This document shows positions 29,701 through 42,500 of a stretch of DNA of 64,000 nucleotides, one piece after another; within the stretch, counting starts at the first letter, position 1, and each line of letters starts with the position of its first letter. A model generated the notes under the pieces. That model saw nothing but the letters and a program-made list of their open reading frames with translations, had not been told where the DNA came from and ran no database searches. The stretch comes from Lingula anatina (lineage: Eukaryota; Animalia; Brachiopoda): NCBI GenBank assembly GCA_051362555.1, contig CM120644.1, forward strand, positions 9,432,954 through 9,496,953, written 5' to 3'. Both the position numbers and the translations under genes were made by a program.

Positions 29701-32700
29701 ACAGGGGTAGTTTATCGTGAAAAACCAGGTAAACCTCCAAGACCTCACACAATTGTAGGTGGCGATATACAAGAAGAGCCCAAGTCAGCACCACGCCGTC
29801 CATGTTCTTTTATTGCTCCTCCACCCCCTGTGTCACCTCCCCCAGGGGATTTGAAAACCCCAGAAAATATTGAAGATTTTCTTCCATTGGGACAAGGCAA
29901 TATGGCGGTGGCGGGAAAAGGGATTTTGCATGTAAACACTGGTATCGGCACTTCTCCTGTTGCTGATGGTAAGAAGATGGAGATTAAGAGACGGATGGAA
30001 TCCTTTTATATATTTATTTTTTCCATTTCATTTATTTTGTTTTATTTCATTTTTAATTTTATTTTTTCATAAATGTCAATTTCTTGTTGTGTTGGGAGTA
30101 GCTCTCGTTTCAGAAAATTGTGCCATGAAACATTTTGCTTATAAGTCCCTTCCCCTACCCCCACAACATAAGTATCTTGAAATGAGGAAATCTATCAAAA
30201 AAATTAAATAATATTTTTTTTAATTATAATCTCAGAGTGTTCTTTGTTACCTTTAAAGATTCCATCTGCTTCTTATTATGTTCCACTTTCTGCAATATTT
30301 ATTATTTTTTCTTTGTTTAATTATTTCTGGCTATTGTTATTGCAAGATATTGGTTTGATTTTGTTATCATTTTGTTGTAAATTATTCTTGCGTAGCTTGC
30401 ATAGCTATTCTGGCATGAGATAGGTGTTATTAATTTATTAATGTGGGCAGTGGTATACTTTGCTTGTTTGTATGGTTAAGGGAATCTAATGTATTGCTGT
30501 GGATCATCTCAAAAGTTAACAGACGACTGCAAACAAGATGGATTATTTAAAAAATATTTAAAAACCTTCTGACATTTGATCAGACATTTGATTTTATGAT
30601 AATTGATTTTTATTTAATGCATTTTTGAATTGTGGAAAAGAATAACAGTTTACTAGACAATGCCAAAACTACCAGAAATATCCTGAACACAGATACTTCG
30701 TCTGAAATTAAAAAAAATATTCAATTTTGCAATCAACTTTTGAGATTCCTCCGATAAGCTGAATAATTTGTATCATTTTATGTTTTGATTGAATAATTCT
30801 AACAGTAAATATCTCCACAAATGGCTTCATACTGTATAGCCAGTGAACACACAGTGGTGGTGACAGAATAGGGGATACTTGTTTATATTAAAAAGATGGC
30901 CTTTGCTCTGCCTCAAAGTTTACACTTTCGGATCAATTTCTTACATGATAAAATATTTTTAGAATCAACATCAGAAAAGAGCTTATGGCTCATAGTAGTC
31001 AGAATTGGGTATGTCATGGTTGCTTAAAACTGTTGCAGAATTATATTTTTTTTTAAGCGCCCAGACCCACATATCATCCCTGGAAGAGACTGATGGATAT
31101 ATGAATATCATGTGCATAACTTTCTTGTCTTCAAAAGTAAACTGTCACCACCAAGCTGTATACTTCACTGTGGCTATGTAAGCTGTCTAATGCCATTTCT
31201 CTGTGTGTGACACTGTATGTTCAACTTGGCTGTATTTTATGTCAGTGATGGTATTTGTCTTAAAGTTGTCATGTCCTTCCCGTACACGAATGCAGTCTTT
31301 GTAGGAATTAGAAATCTTTGTCATTGTGACCTTCTGAAGAAAACAGGAGTGCCCATGTCCACTTTTGAAGTATAGACCAGAATATCCTTATGAAAACAGA
31401 CATGTTCCTGATTGTTTAGTCCACCATAATGTTCTCTTTGTTATAAAACCAATGCTCTATACAGATCTGTTAACTGGAAGATAAATCTACAGATACTTTA
31501 ACACTAACAGAACCAATTTTCTTGATTCATTGAAGGATTTTCACATCAGACGCCAGGACTATAGATGGCAGCACTCAGCCAAGACACCTTTTGATGTATT
31601 TCTTGTTTCATTTCTATTGTGCTAATGAGAATATTCATTGTTTTCAGCTTTTTTTCTCTCCCCTGCCCACAATTGCATGCATATTGCTAACAAAGTTCAT
31701 TGAACATTAAATTTTAGCTCATAGTCGAAGTAACAGTGGAGATGGATCAGTGACTACACTAGATGACATTGGAATGTGTTTCGAGGACACAATCGCTGCT
31801 GCTGAGGAGGCAATTCAACGCGAGGATGGTACGTTTGATCAAATGGAGAAACCCCTTCCCTTCCTGGGTGAAAACCTAAGTGTGCTGTGCAAATAGTCCT
31901 CTTTAGAATCCCTTCTGTGCTAGATATAGAGAGAGCACCCAGAATACTATCAGAGATTGGTCACATGGGATGCACTTTTGCAGAATATTCCATGGAAAAT
32001 TCCTTGGAAAATGGAGGCGTTGCAGAATCCCAGCACCAGTGACATTTTCTTCTCCACTATAATAATTAAAACCTCTGTATGCTTTCATGACTTTTTCAGA
32101 TTTGTCTTCTCTCTAACCAATATGTTGTGTTGATTGAGTGATTTTTGAAAGATGGCAATTAATGTAGATTGTGATTCTTTTTCTGAGACTCTTTATGATT
32201 GACCAAATTTCACTTTTCAGCTCAATTCTAATTCATTCTCTTCTCAGGTTTTGCAGTGTGCCAGTTTGTCACAATCCACCATCTCAACTACCACAATTAG
32301 CCTTTTCACCTGCCATATTGTTTTCTTTCTGATATTGAATTTAATGTGCGGATGTGATTGAGTTCCTCTTGAAATTTCTACCAGATACTAGATGTCACAA
32401 ATTACTAATAATTAAAACTACACTAGACATCTAATCATTAGAAGCTACTAATCCAACAAAATTTTAATCCCATGTAGGCTTCTCAGATTTGTCTCATTAT
32501 TTGAACATCTAAAATATATCTTTACTTCAAATTCAATTTTGTTTACTCACAGGTATATTTATTATTTTTTATTATAGTGTGTGTTTAAATTTGTCAGTCT
32601 GTGTCTGTTGTCAGCAAGTATATTACATGAGTCATCTGAAGATAAATGACAAAGCTTTGTTCATAACTTGGTGCATTGTACTCTCTTGCTCTCCATGTCA

Positions 32701-35700
32701 GCTCCTATGTAATATGATGGATAGTCACCAGTTTGAATATGTCACATGCTCACTCGCCCACTTAACCTATCTTTTGCTTGCCATATGCACAGCCATATCA
32801 GACTGGTATCCACACAATTTGGCAGGTCCCAAAGTCAGCTCAATTTTTTTTTTTTTTTTTTAGTTATTTGAGATTGTTTGGACAGAGATGTTATTGTCTT
32901 CCCATGGACTGAATTGACCCCCCTATCCGCCTCCCCCCCTCTTCAGTCTATGCACTCCCTAATAGAGAGGTCGAGTGAAAAAACCTTGGTGTATATAATG
33001 ATAGATTTCCACTAACTCCCACTACATCACATACTTCCAGTCTGTCAGCAAGTACAAATGGTCCCATATAGTCGCCTTCACACCGAGTTTAACTTGGACC
33101 AGTATTAGACCAGTTGATATCACCAGTCACCCAGTAGCCTCAGGAATCCCTATTGCACGCAGAACAGGTTAAAACCCCCATATTAAGTGAACTGGTATCT
33201 AAATTGACAATCAGTATCCATCAGACAACCTGTAATTTATAAGTCTAAATCAAACCTGATGTGAACGTGCCCTGTCTGAGCAACAATGTTGCCTTTTACT
33301 TTAATGAGTACGATAAATCCTGTTGATAGTCAGCAGACAAGAAGAAGGTCATTTCCAAGACTATACTTAAGTCTTTATATCTGATGGTGAGTAGGTAATT
33401 TACATGTAGACAGACCCGGGCCACTTTGGGGAGATAGTCACCACTGGTTTAATTGCATGCTTCGGAGACTGCATTTGACTTTGAGAACAGGGGGTTAACT
33501 TTGGAGGCATTTCATTAGCAGGGTTTAATTGTATGTTTTTGATGCATTTTTGGAATTAACCTTTGGCTTTCCCTGTGAAGAGCAGTTTTTGTTTTAGATC
33601 TCTAGTATGTAAGTTATTCGCTGACAGCTGTAGAGATTGTAGTGTGTTTTATGTATGTGATGGTACACAGTGCTCAGTCCTGTCCATTATCTTCAACAGT
33701 GCAGTTTGTGCAGGGAGAGGACTGGTAGCTTTTGCTTTGATATGTGGAAGTTATATTCTGCTCTTGTTTGAGTGAATCAGTGTTAAAGCAACAGCTTTTG
33801 CTTTACTGAGAAGTAGGAGGTATATATCAGTAATTTTATGCTTAGAGAATTTAATGTGCTAACACCTTTGTTCTTCTGGATTATATTTATGCTTGTGTCC
33901 GGGGGGGGGGGGGGGCTTTTTTTATACATTTGTCATGTATGAAAAAAAGGGAACTTTCGAAACAACTGAAATTTTGTTTATTTGTTCATTAACTATACTT
34001 TCAGACGAAGGGTACAAAAACGAGATGGCTCAATTTGTTGAAAAAATGAGTGAGATGACAGCTGATATTCACGATGGAAATATTCCAGACGATGAACCAC
34101 TTTCCAGTCCTGATATTTCCCAACCATCTGACCAATCAGAAACAGGGACTTTTGTTCGACATGGCGATACTGATTCTGAGTCAAGCTCAATTAAAGATGA
34201 TGTTCACGAACTTCCTGAGACGGAGGAGATGAAAGTTCCTTCTCAGAGAATTAAAGTGGAATACGATGCTCCGTATATGGCAATGGAGGACACAATAAGC
34301 CAATCAGAGGAGGTGCCTGAATATATCTCACCTGAGCTAAATACTGAATCGAATACCGAAGATGACAAGCCTGTGGAAATCCCTGTTCAGCACACGAGGA
34401 ATGAAGATGATGAAGATGTCAAACCCAAACCAGAGATTGAAATCCAAACATCTGAAAGTGATGCTGATTCAATAAAAGAGGCCCAGAAAGAGGTCGACGC
34501 AGCAGATAAAAAGAAAAATAAATCAAAAGCCCTTCTACAGGAAATCTCTGGCAATGTCAGTGGGAAGGCAAAAGAGACTGGAAAAGAAGACGAAAATATC
34601 AAAAAATCCAAACCAGTAGACTACCCCCAGCAAGGTGAAGGAGAGGCAGACACCATGCTAGAAGAGAAATCCATATCTCAGATTGCTCTCCCTGCAGTGA
34701 AAACCTCAGTTAATAAAAAGCAAAAGGAAGAGCCTGCTAAGCAACCCAATGTTGCTCAGCATTCGGACCCTCTAAAAGCTGAGTTAGCACAAGCAGTCGT
34801 TAAAAAAGCTGAACCAAAACGAAGGGCAAACCAGGATGACTTTGAATACAAAAACCCATGGATTGGCCCGCGTATGGGAAAAACTGAATTCATTGTGCCC
34901 AAAAGTGCCCCACGCAAAGCACCTGCTAGTCAGCCTGTCGTAATTGACGCCCCACCACCAGTAGTCAATAGTCAACCCAAAGTTATTCAGCGCCGTAGCC
35001 TGCAGGAAATATACGGTAGCCAGGTGGCCGCCATACCAGGACCAGTGCCTCCACCTGTTGAGGAAAAGACTGAGAAGTCATCTGAAGAAGAGACCCAGAA
35101 GGAACAGGAGAAGGATGCTGCCTCTGGAGATAATACCCCATCAGAGACCCCGAAAGAAGAGTTTATTATTGAAAAAGAAGATTATTATGTGAACAAGATG
35201 CCATCACCAGGGGTGAGTATGGGGGAGGGGCTTGATTTCGCAGTGTTTTTCAAATCTAGTCTGTGCCCTAGATAGATTACTAGTCTTTAAGGCCAGGATT
35301 TATAACTTCATTGGTCCAAAGCATTAAGGATGGCCAACAACTGAACAAGTCAACAAAATGTCTCTTATCCCACTATAAACAATATATTACTAAAATGATT
35401 CCCGTTTTTTCCAAGATGTCCATCGTGAATTGTGTTCAGGTTGGCTATCATTCTTAAAAAAAAAAAAAAAAAAAAGATATACAGATAACAAAAGTGGTAT
35501 AAAATTTATAAAGTTCACTATAAATAAATCAATTTGTACGTTGTCTTCAGACAATCCGTGCAGTTCCAGTCAAAGTAGAGACGGACAGCGAGCTGGAGAC
35601 TACAGACATGGACACCCCAGATCCCAGCCCACGCCCCACCTCACCCTCTTCACTAGGGGGTGCTGATGGCCTCAAGACAGAGAAAGAATGGCTGCAGGTA

Positions 35701-38700
35701 GGTTGAGAATACTTGTGAACATATAAATTTTTTATATGCCTGATTTGCAGTGTTGTTTTCTTTTGTGTAACATTTGTGATTACTTCTGTATTCAATGTGA
35801 TACTGGACCACCCATAAATTCCAATTTTGTATTACTCCTATATTTTGGAGATCGGATATGATAGATGAACTTTTCTTCTGTGTATCTTTCCAAGGAGGTA
35901 GATAAAAAGTTAAGAGAACAACGACAGTTACAGGGACAGTATGAACAGTTACAGCAACAGTTTGGACTATGGCAAGCCCAGCTCATGCAGAACCAGGTAA
36001 ATATCTTGTTTGTCTGTTAGTTTGTTTGTTTGATTGATTGATTGTTTGTTTGTTTGTCTGTTTTAATTCAGGATATGTTTGTAGTCATACGCTAAAATAA
36101 TAATGAAATTAAATTAGATAATATCAAATTAAATAATATTATATAAAACAGGTCCAACAGTCTATTATGTTCTATTATTGAGTCAAACTAAAACATTTTG
36201 GTCTTGTAGCTAAGACCTATTTGTTTATGTGTGTGTGTTAAACCAGTCCTAGACAGGTTTACTAGAGAGCTGTCCAGTTTGTGTCCAGTCTGGACATTGA
36301 CTGATAATGATTGTGTGAGCACCTGGCCACATAGTGGTCACTTCAAGCCACCTGAGAGCTTAAGACATGCAATAGGCATATTAACCCTGCCCTAGATGTC
36401 ATTCAAAGGCCAGTTTCCAGTAGAGATTTACGTTTCAGCTGGATGTCTAGTTACAACTAGCTCATATTAAGCAAGAAATCTTATCCTTCTGCTGCTCCCA
36501 CTATCGTCTATGATTGAGGAAAGTTGCGTGATATTTAATTGACCATGCATGATAAGCTTATCATAATGGTTCATTGTTAGGTGGGTTCAAGTCCACTGGA
36601 AATGGGTCTTAAATTGTACCATGTTGTTTATGTAGCCAGATATGTTAACAGTCACACTTTTGATTTCAACATTGAGTTGTACACGTGGCAGTGAAGATGT
36701 CCTGGTGACTACACTGTTTCTTCTGCTAGAGTAAGTTTAACTAATAGCCATGTTAAACAATGATTTTGAGCATGACTGTTCTTGATAATGTACTTCAATA
36801 TGGTGTGAGTTCAAGCAGGAAATCTGTTTGTTATCAGTTTAGCAGGTGGTATGGTTGACTTTATAAGACCGTACACATACAATTATGTGTGCATGTAGTA
36901 ACTCAGTATTACACTTTACGTTTTCATATTTCATTTACATGTGTGTATTTGTCGTTTACTTTAGGCAATCTTGGAAGAAAAGAAGATAGTGCAGGCAGGA
37001 TCTCTTCAAGAACAGATGCAGATGCACCTGCAGAGGATGGCAATGTTACGTGAAAGCATGGAAGTCTTTAGCAATGCTATCTCAGAGTCAGAAAAGATGG
37101 CAGCTGCAGCACGTGCGAGAGAACAAGGACAGGGGGCCCCAGCTTCAGAGACGGTTGCTGCCAGTGAAGCAAAAACAGTTGAAGCTGAGGCGACTGTCAC
37201 AAAACCAAAGCTTGAGAGGTAACGTGGATTTTTTTTTTCTCTCTATTATAAGGCAAAAAATATCTTAAGGCAAAAAAAAAAATTTTTAGATCAGATTAGT
37301 ATGGAACTTTTTTTACTTTCAAGAGTTATCTGTGTGATTTGATTCTAGTATCCATTTTTATTCGGATGTCATTTCATACTCTCCCTGAACGACCTTTTTT
37401 GTTATAAATATATATTATTTATAGAAACTAATTCTGCAAATCTAATACCACGATTTTCTGATATCTATTTTTACTTCCCTTTTGAATCATAAATATTCAT
37501 CATAAAATTCTGACTATCTCCTGTCCCAGGTCCTCCAGCATCACCAGCACTATTCCCCGCGGCTATGGAGCCAAGTTGGACCGCCAGTCTAGCTTTACAC
37601 AAGTTCGAGACATCAAGGCAGAATTAGGGACTTCAGCTTCGTACAATACACAGAAGTCACAGGAGGATACTTCAAGGTATGTTTTTGTCAGGTGTTTTCG
37701 ATTGTCATCTTTTGTATAATGGTTCTATTGACTTGTATTGACATTTCTATACTTATTGGTATACTAATTACAGCATGTGTAGTTACTTGAATGTGTACAA
37801 AATGTTTGCAGACCTTTGCTGGGGAAGGGCTCCCTGCACACTGCTGTCTCATCACTTATCATAATCAATTTTATTTCATTTGTTAACCATTTTCATTTAG
37901 CTATGGAAAATATTTTAAGGACGAGTCTCCAACTTTGTTAAAGCCTTGCAGAATCAATTCACAAGTCAAAGCACCTATTTTACTATTGAAAAAATATCTT
38001 CAAGGAAAATATTGACTTTCTTTGGAAAGACCTAAAGGACTGCCCCTCACACTCACCCAGTCCCCCAAATTTTTTTTTTTTTTTTCAAAGTTGTTAAAAT
38101 TGAGCAAATTATGGCTGCATGCCATACATAGCATGGTTTTGTCTTTATTGTTTTCTTCCTTGCAATTGCTGCCTTCTTAAAGAATGATGCATAACTGCAC
38201 ATTTATCCATCTATTCATCTAGGTCTGCTGCTCTCCCAAAACCATACTCCTCTCCTCGGTCTTCCATGATATCCACTGTACCCCTGCCTGTGGCGCCACC
38301 TGCTCCTGCGTCTGCCCCACCACCACCGCCTCCTCCGCCACCACCTTCCAACCAAGTGCCAAACGGCTCCGTCAAATCAGCCGCTAACGGACCTGTGAAA
38401 CCAACATCCAATGGACAGGCCAAACCACCAGCATCTGACGACACCTTCAAACTGCCTGATGCATCTGAAATGACAGCACTGAAAGTCAACTTGAAACCAG
38501 CCAATCAGAGGCCACCATCGAAGCGTTTTGAGCCCCAGCTGGATCCCCATGAGGAGCTCATGATCGCCATTCGTAATGCTGGAGGGCGTAATAATCTACG
38601 GAAGGTCAGCTATAAGCCTAAATAATCCCCAATCCTACCACCATGTTATCTATATGGAGGCTTTGACGTAAGATATATCAGTGTACAACGATGTGGTTTG

Positions 38701-39589
38701 AAGTGAACCTAGTTAGTGTAGAAACTTATGGCTAGGACCTTAGATGGTGTTCCAGTATTAACTAGACTTCCTACTACACTTCCAATAAAAAAAAACATGG
38801 CCTGGTTTTATTCTTTATAACTCATTAATAGTTGTAACATTTTCATCATTTTCAGAAAAGGTTACTGTTTGGCTTTTTGATTTATTTTATTTTATTTTGT
38901 TTTATTTTTTCTTTTTGCATTACTACACATTGATGTTTGATATGATGTTTAGCACTTTTGAGAATGTTTTTGCTTGCCTTTGATTTTGTTTTTGCTCTTG
39001 GTTTTTATGTTGTCTTTTGCATTTAATTCCATTTACTGGTAACCTTTTCTCCTTCATTTCTAATATATGAATTGTTTTATTTTCTTTTTATTCAATTGAT
39101 TGTTTTTGGTCAGAGTTGTGTGATTTTTAATTTTATTGCTTTTTGTTTTGATTTTTGTTTGTGTCGATTTATATTCTTTGGTGTTTAAAAACGTTAAATT
39201 GTTACATGCTATCTCCATGATTAAACAATTTTGCTAAAAAACACTTTTAGATTCATTTGATTATGCATGTTTTAAAGCATATATGATCGGCTTATAATGT
39301 TTATTTAATATTTCACATGAGCTTTATATAATTCATTTTTGTTACATGTTTTCGAAGAAACCTATGATGGTACTTTTTAAAGTCCATACAGAGCTTAAAC
39401 TAACCTGGCATCACGCCTACCCCCCCCCCCCCCCCCACCACCCACCCACCCACCACCACCACCTAGATATATGCCTTTTGTTGAACTATGCAACTTGTAC
39501 ATGGCATTGATTGTTTTGTCTTTTTCATTGTTTTTTAGGTCACAGTGAAGGAGACGCATTGGAGCAAAAGCACTGCAGGGCCATCTTAA
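20547..39589 (+). CDS. Cordon-bleu-like (Cobl/COBLL1 family) WH2 actin regulator, 16 coding exons, about 1379 aa; an upstream coding exon may exist
   Basis: Phase-consistent GT-AG exons: 20547(exon starts 20530)-20716, 21130-21331, 24251-24479, 24701-24861, 25071-25512, 25777-25971, 26736-26810, 29705-29968, 31718-31828, 34005-35212, 35551-35697, 35895-35996, 36965-37218, 37530-37676, 38223-38604, 39539-39589. These total 4140 nt and end in TAA. Motifs: two ubiquitin/RBD-like segments (VDLTVVLPGG..., TIRLTVNLPGKQKHVSRV...), KKKGFFSF, KKRAAPAPPP, RRKAPAPPPPP, poly-Pro, and WH2 PHEELMIAIRNAGGRNNLRKV. Confidence 0.88.
21130..21331 (+). CDS. Cobl-like exon (first ubiquitin-like fold)
   Basis: ttcccag acceptor, GAG|gtaggt donor; IPVMDFLVQAAKANKLSPTSHVIQ...NYNFE. 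Confidence 0.9.
24251..24479 (+). CDS. Cobl-like exon (second ubiquitin/RBD-like fold)
   Basis: cctaag acceptor, G|gtaagc donor; VTIRLTVNLPGKQKHVSRVNPNKTLAEIYKQVC. Confidence 0.9.
24701..24861 (+). CDS. Cobl-like exon (basic KKKKGFFSF motif)
   Basis: cctgcag acceptor, CCA|gtaaga donor. Confidence 0.88.
25071..25512 (+). CDS. Cobl-like exon with KRAP motif 1
   Basis: ttccag acceptor, G|gttggc donor; KKRAAPAPPP and HSRNSSDSSGYHE. Confidence 0.88.
25777..25971 (+). CDS. Cobl-like exon with KRAP motif 2
   Basis: tgtcag acceptor, G|gtgagt donor; RRKAPAPPPPP. Confidence 0.85.
26736..26810 (+). CDS. Cobl-like 75-nt exon (possible cassette)
   Basis: atttcag acceptor, G|gtaaga donor; VKPYRPPSHKTKAAPKPGVKVKAN. 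Confidence 0.75.
27809..29387 (+). mobile_element. HINE-like (Helentron-associated non-autonomous) element in a Cobl intron
   Basis: 5' subTIR GTACCACCAGC with an adjacent imperfect inverted copy, short GGCTCC(T)GC repeats, about three 140-146-bp internal repeats rich in TGACCTTTGACC (28626, 28768, 28914), 3' inverted subTIR GCTGGTGGTAC (29338-29348), GAGGCG/CGCCTC hairpin and a CTAGTT end. Confidence 0.75.
29705..29968 (+). CDS. Cobl-like Pro-rich exon
   Basis: taacag acceptor, G|gtaaga donor; RPHTIV...RRPCSFIAPPPPVSPPP. Confidence 0.82.
31718..31828 (+). CDS. Cobl-like 111-nt exon (not in ORF track)
   Basis: ttttag acceptor, G|gtacgt donor; HSRSNSGDGSVTTLDDIGMCFEDTIAAAEEAIQRED is open and phase 1-1. 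Confidence 0.78.
34005..35212 (+). CDS. Cobl-like large acidic, probably disordered exon
   Basis: ctttcag acceptor, GGG|gtgagt donor; lies inside the 460-aa ORF. Confidence 0.9.
35551..35697 (+). CDS. Cobl-like exon
   Basis: cttcag acceptor, CAG|gtaggt donor; TIRAVPVKVETDSELE...EKEWLQ. Confidence 0.85.
35895..35996 (+). CDS. Cobl-like exon (Q-rich, predicted coiled coil)
   Basis: ccaag acceptor, CAG|gtaaat donor; EVDKKLREQRQLQGQYEQLQQQFGLWQAQLMQNQ. Confidence 0.85.
36965..37218 (+). CDS. Cobl-like exon (predicted coiled coil)
   Basis: ttttag acceptor, AG|gtaacg donor. Confidence 0.85.
37530..37676 (+). CDS. Cobl-like exon (not in ORF track)
   Basis: tcccag acceptor, AG|gtatgt donor; SSSITSTIPRGYGAKLDRQSSF..., phase 2-2. 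Confidence 0.8.
38223..38604 (+). CDS. Cobl-like exon: poly-Pro and WH2 domain
   Basis: catctag acceptor, AAG|gtcagc donor; DPHEELMIAIRNAGGRNNLRK. Confidence 0.9.
39539..39589 (+). CDS. Cobl-like terminal coding exon
   Basis: Pyrimidine tract and ttttag acceptor; VTVKETHWSKSTAGPS*. Confidence 0.78.
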   Translation, partial: VTVKETHWSKSTAGPS

Positions 39590-42500
39590 TTGAAAATAGC
39601 AGCATGACGTCACTGGATTTGTGACACAGGGATTTTAAGCTGACAAGAAAATTGCATTGTGGAAAAAATTCTAACTGGCAAGAAAAATGGCATGAAAATG
39701 TATTTGATTGAAGATGTGATTTAAAATACTGCAGGAAGTAATGTCAGAAAATGCATTATTCAAGATTTCACAGAAAGAAACAGAAAATGCATGAAAAGAT
39801 ATTATATTTGTTCACATAACCCATTATACCATTACTTTCTGACACAGTTGGTGGCTGATTTTCCGTTGGAAGGAAGATTTCTGGCTGTGGGAATATTGGC
39901 TTTGGCGAGGCAATACTGGCCAGGTTATTCTGCACTTCTTACTTCCATTGTACAGGAACCGTGAAGGCCAAGAGACAAAACTTCAATCTTTTTACTGGGA
40001 AACCAAGAACCAGGAAAATGATATTCTGAGTAATATTGAGAGTATGGAGAGTAATATCATACCACAATGACTAAACATGCTGTCAGAAATGATATTGCGC
40101 CACAAGGAATATATAACTGTTCACCAGTTGTGCTTTGAATTTGACGCTGTCAGCATCCACTGGGTATGTGTGATAGTTCAACTGGGTTCCTAATATAAAC
40201 TTCATATAATATGTATGCAGTCGGAGACGTCAAAAAACGTAATATATATATCCAATATGGATGCTACCAGTCATGTGATCTGAAAAAGTCATGTGATCTA
40301 TGGAAGTCATTTGACACCTTCTAGGAAGGTGCACAACACCTCATCTTTTTTCCTGCAAAATCTTATATATACAGATTTTTCCCTCACCTCTTTAATTATA
40401 TCATATTATATTAATTGATAGTGGTCAGTTACCTAAAAGACTGATACAGAATTGATGTCTGATTGTTGAGATCTGAGATGGGGAAAGGAGTGGAGTGAGA
40501 GCAAAGATGATATGTGATAATATAGTGTAATCTTCCAGTAGGACATAGATTGTATTGTATTGTATATACTATCTGTACCACATAGGCCAGACTTAGTAAT
40601 AGTTGTCTTTTTCTCTTTCAAAGGAGTAATCAAAATGCATTGCTGTATATTAATTGCATGCATCACATAAAAGATATTGCGAGTCAGTAGTTTATTAGAC
40701 TCTCCTATTTCCAATTCATGTACCAGTGGATGAAGTATGCCTTACCTTATTCTGTAAAGGTGCTAAGAAAGAATTGAAACATATCTAGGGCTAAAGGGTT
40801 GGGGGGAGGGGTCACCCAATTTTGAAATATTTCAGTTGATTTGTATCTGTTTGAAAATGGGGACTAAATGTGATGCAGAGAATTGGTTGTGATTTTATGT
40901 GAGTTTGTGAACAGGAAATTAGTTTATCAACAGTAGATCTTTATATAATCTTTATTTATTTTTTTTAATCCATGTTTTCAGCAAGGTTTACTTCTTCAGC
41001 AGATAAGATTTAGTGGTGAAATATTCAGACCCTTGTTCACTTTGATCCAGTCTGTTGTTATAATCTATAAATGAAATAACACCAGTGCCTTATCTTTCAT
41101 ACACTTAATTAATCCCCGTAAATCAAACAATTTTTATATGCTGGATGTAGCAAGATAAGTTGATTTTAGAGACATATATAAGATGTGTTAGGTGTGAAGG
41201 AACTGGTTGTGACATTGCGACATAGTTGAACCCCAACAATAGTCAGATTTCTTAGACTTTTAAAGAGTCTTATTTCTTTTGCAAGCACAGTTATGCTTCA
41301 TCGTAAACTACAAAATTGGTCAATGAAGAGTGCTCTTTGAAAGGTTTCAAACAGTGGAGAAACAGTTTTCCAGTTTATAATACTGTTCTGTATTGATGTC
41401 CTCAGTAGAAATTGTAGTTAAGAAGCTTCCATTTTATTGATAAGAATTTTTCATTCCAAAAGTTAGAGAAAGTTGAAATAATATAATTGTTTAAATGTGT
41501 CATTTTGTAAAATAGAATATTTTTAAATATTGATTTTGATACAGAAACTCCCCTAACTGCCATAAAAGCAGGGCTTACTAGATAGATATTTGTAGGGTGC
41601 TGTAGAAATTTACAATCTAATTTTTTTTTTTTTTCACTTTTACAAAGAGTCAGAAAAATTCCATGCACGAGATTGAAAGTCAAGGTTGTGAAGGGTCTTT
41701 TCTTGAGCAGAGCCACCTTGTGTTGAAGGTATTATTTGCCGTATTTCCATTGACATGAGCATCCAGATAAATTGTATATATTATAAATATAATACAGAAA
41801 TTTACGTCATGTATGTGTATGTTAGTGCTATGTACTAATTTATCTTAGCATGTTGCTGTAACTGGTAGCTCTAGTTAGTCCTGATAATCAATAATAAATT
41901 ATATTTGTTTATTTCAATATAACGAGTTAATAACAATGTGTATATAATTATGAAAAATGTGAAAAGAATTAAATAAGGAACCCTATATTTCTCACTAAGT
42001 AGAAGTGAACGTTGGTGCAAGTTAACATAGTTATGACGCACAGTGACGTCACAAGTTGTATAAATCACACAAGAAGCTGCACTGTTGCTTTATGTAACGT
42101 TAGACTATGAGAATTCCGACAAATATTGTATTATCCCCAGGTTGTGGAACTATGTAGCCTCAACATAACTTAAAATTGATGGTAGACTAGAAAATTAAGG
42201 GAGTTATCAGTACAAGATTTTGTTTGTAAAGGCTCGTTATTTTATTTATTTATTTATTTATTTGGCTTTTTCCCTTTAATTGTTACCGATATTACCACCC
42301 GGCAATCTAGAGCAATGTAGTCCATTATCAGAGAGCAGATGTGACGATATAATCATTTTTGGAAAGAAGGCAACATTAAAAAAATTCGAATGTCACGACC
42401 ATGAGCATTTATATGGTATTTTTTTAATGAGATAATAGTCCTCAACTATGCAAACACGTGGTACAAGTATAAAAAAAACGGTATTCCTTTTGATTGCAGC

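Noticed and set aside
33893-34004. N-terminal part of the 460-aa ORF as a stand-alone gene start
   Set aside because: It is intronic (poly-G and pyrimidine tract); the true exon begins after the AG at 34004.
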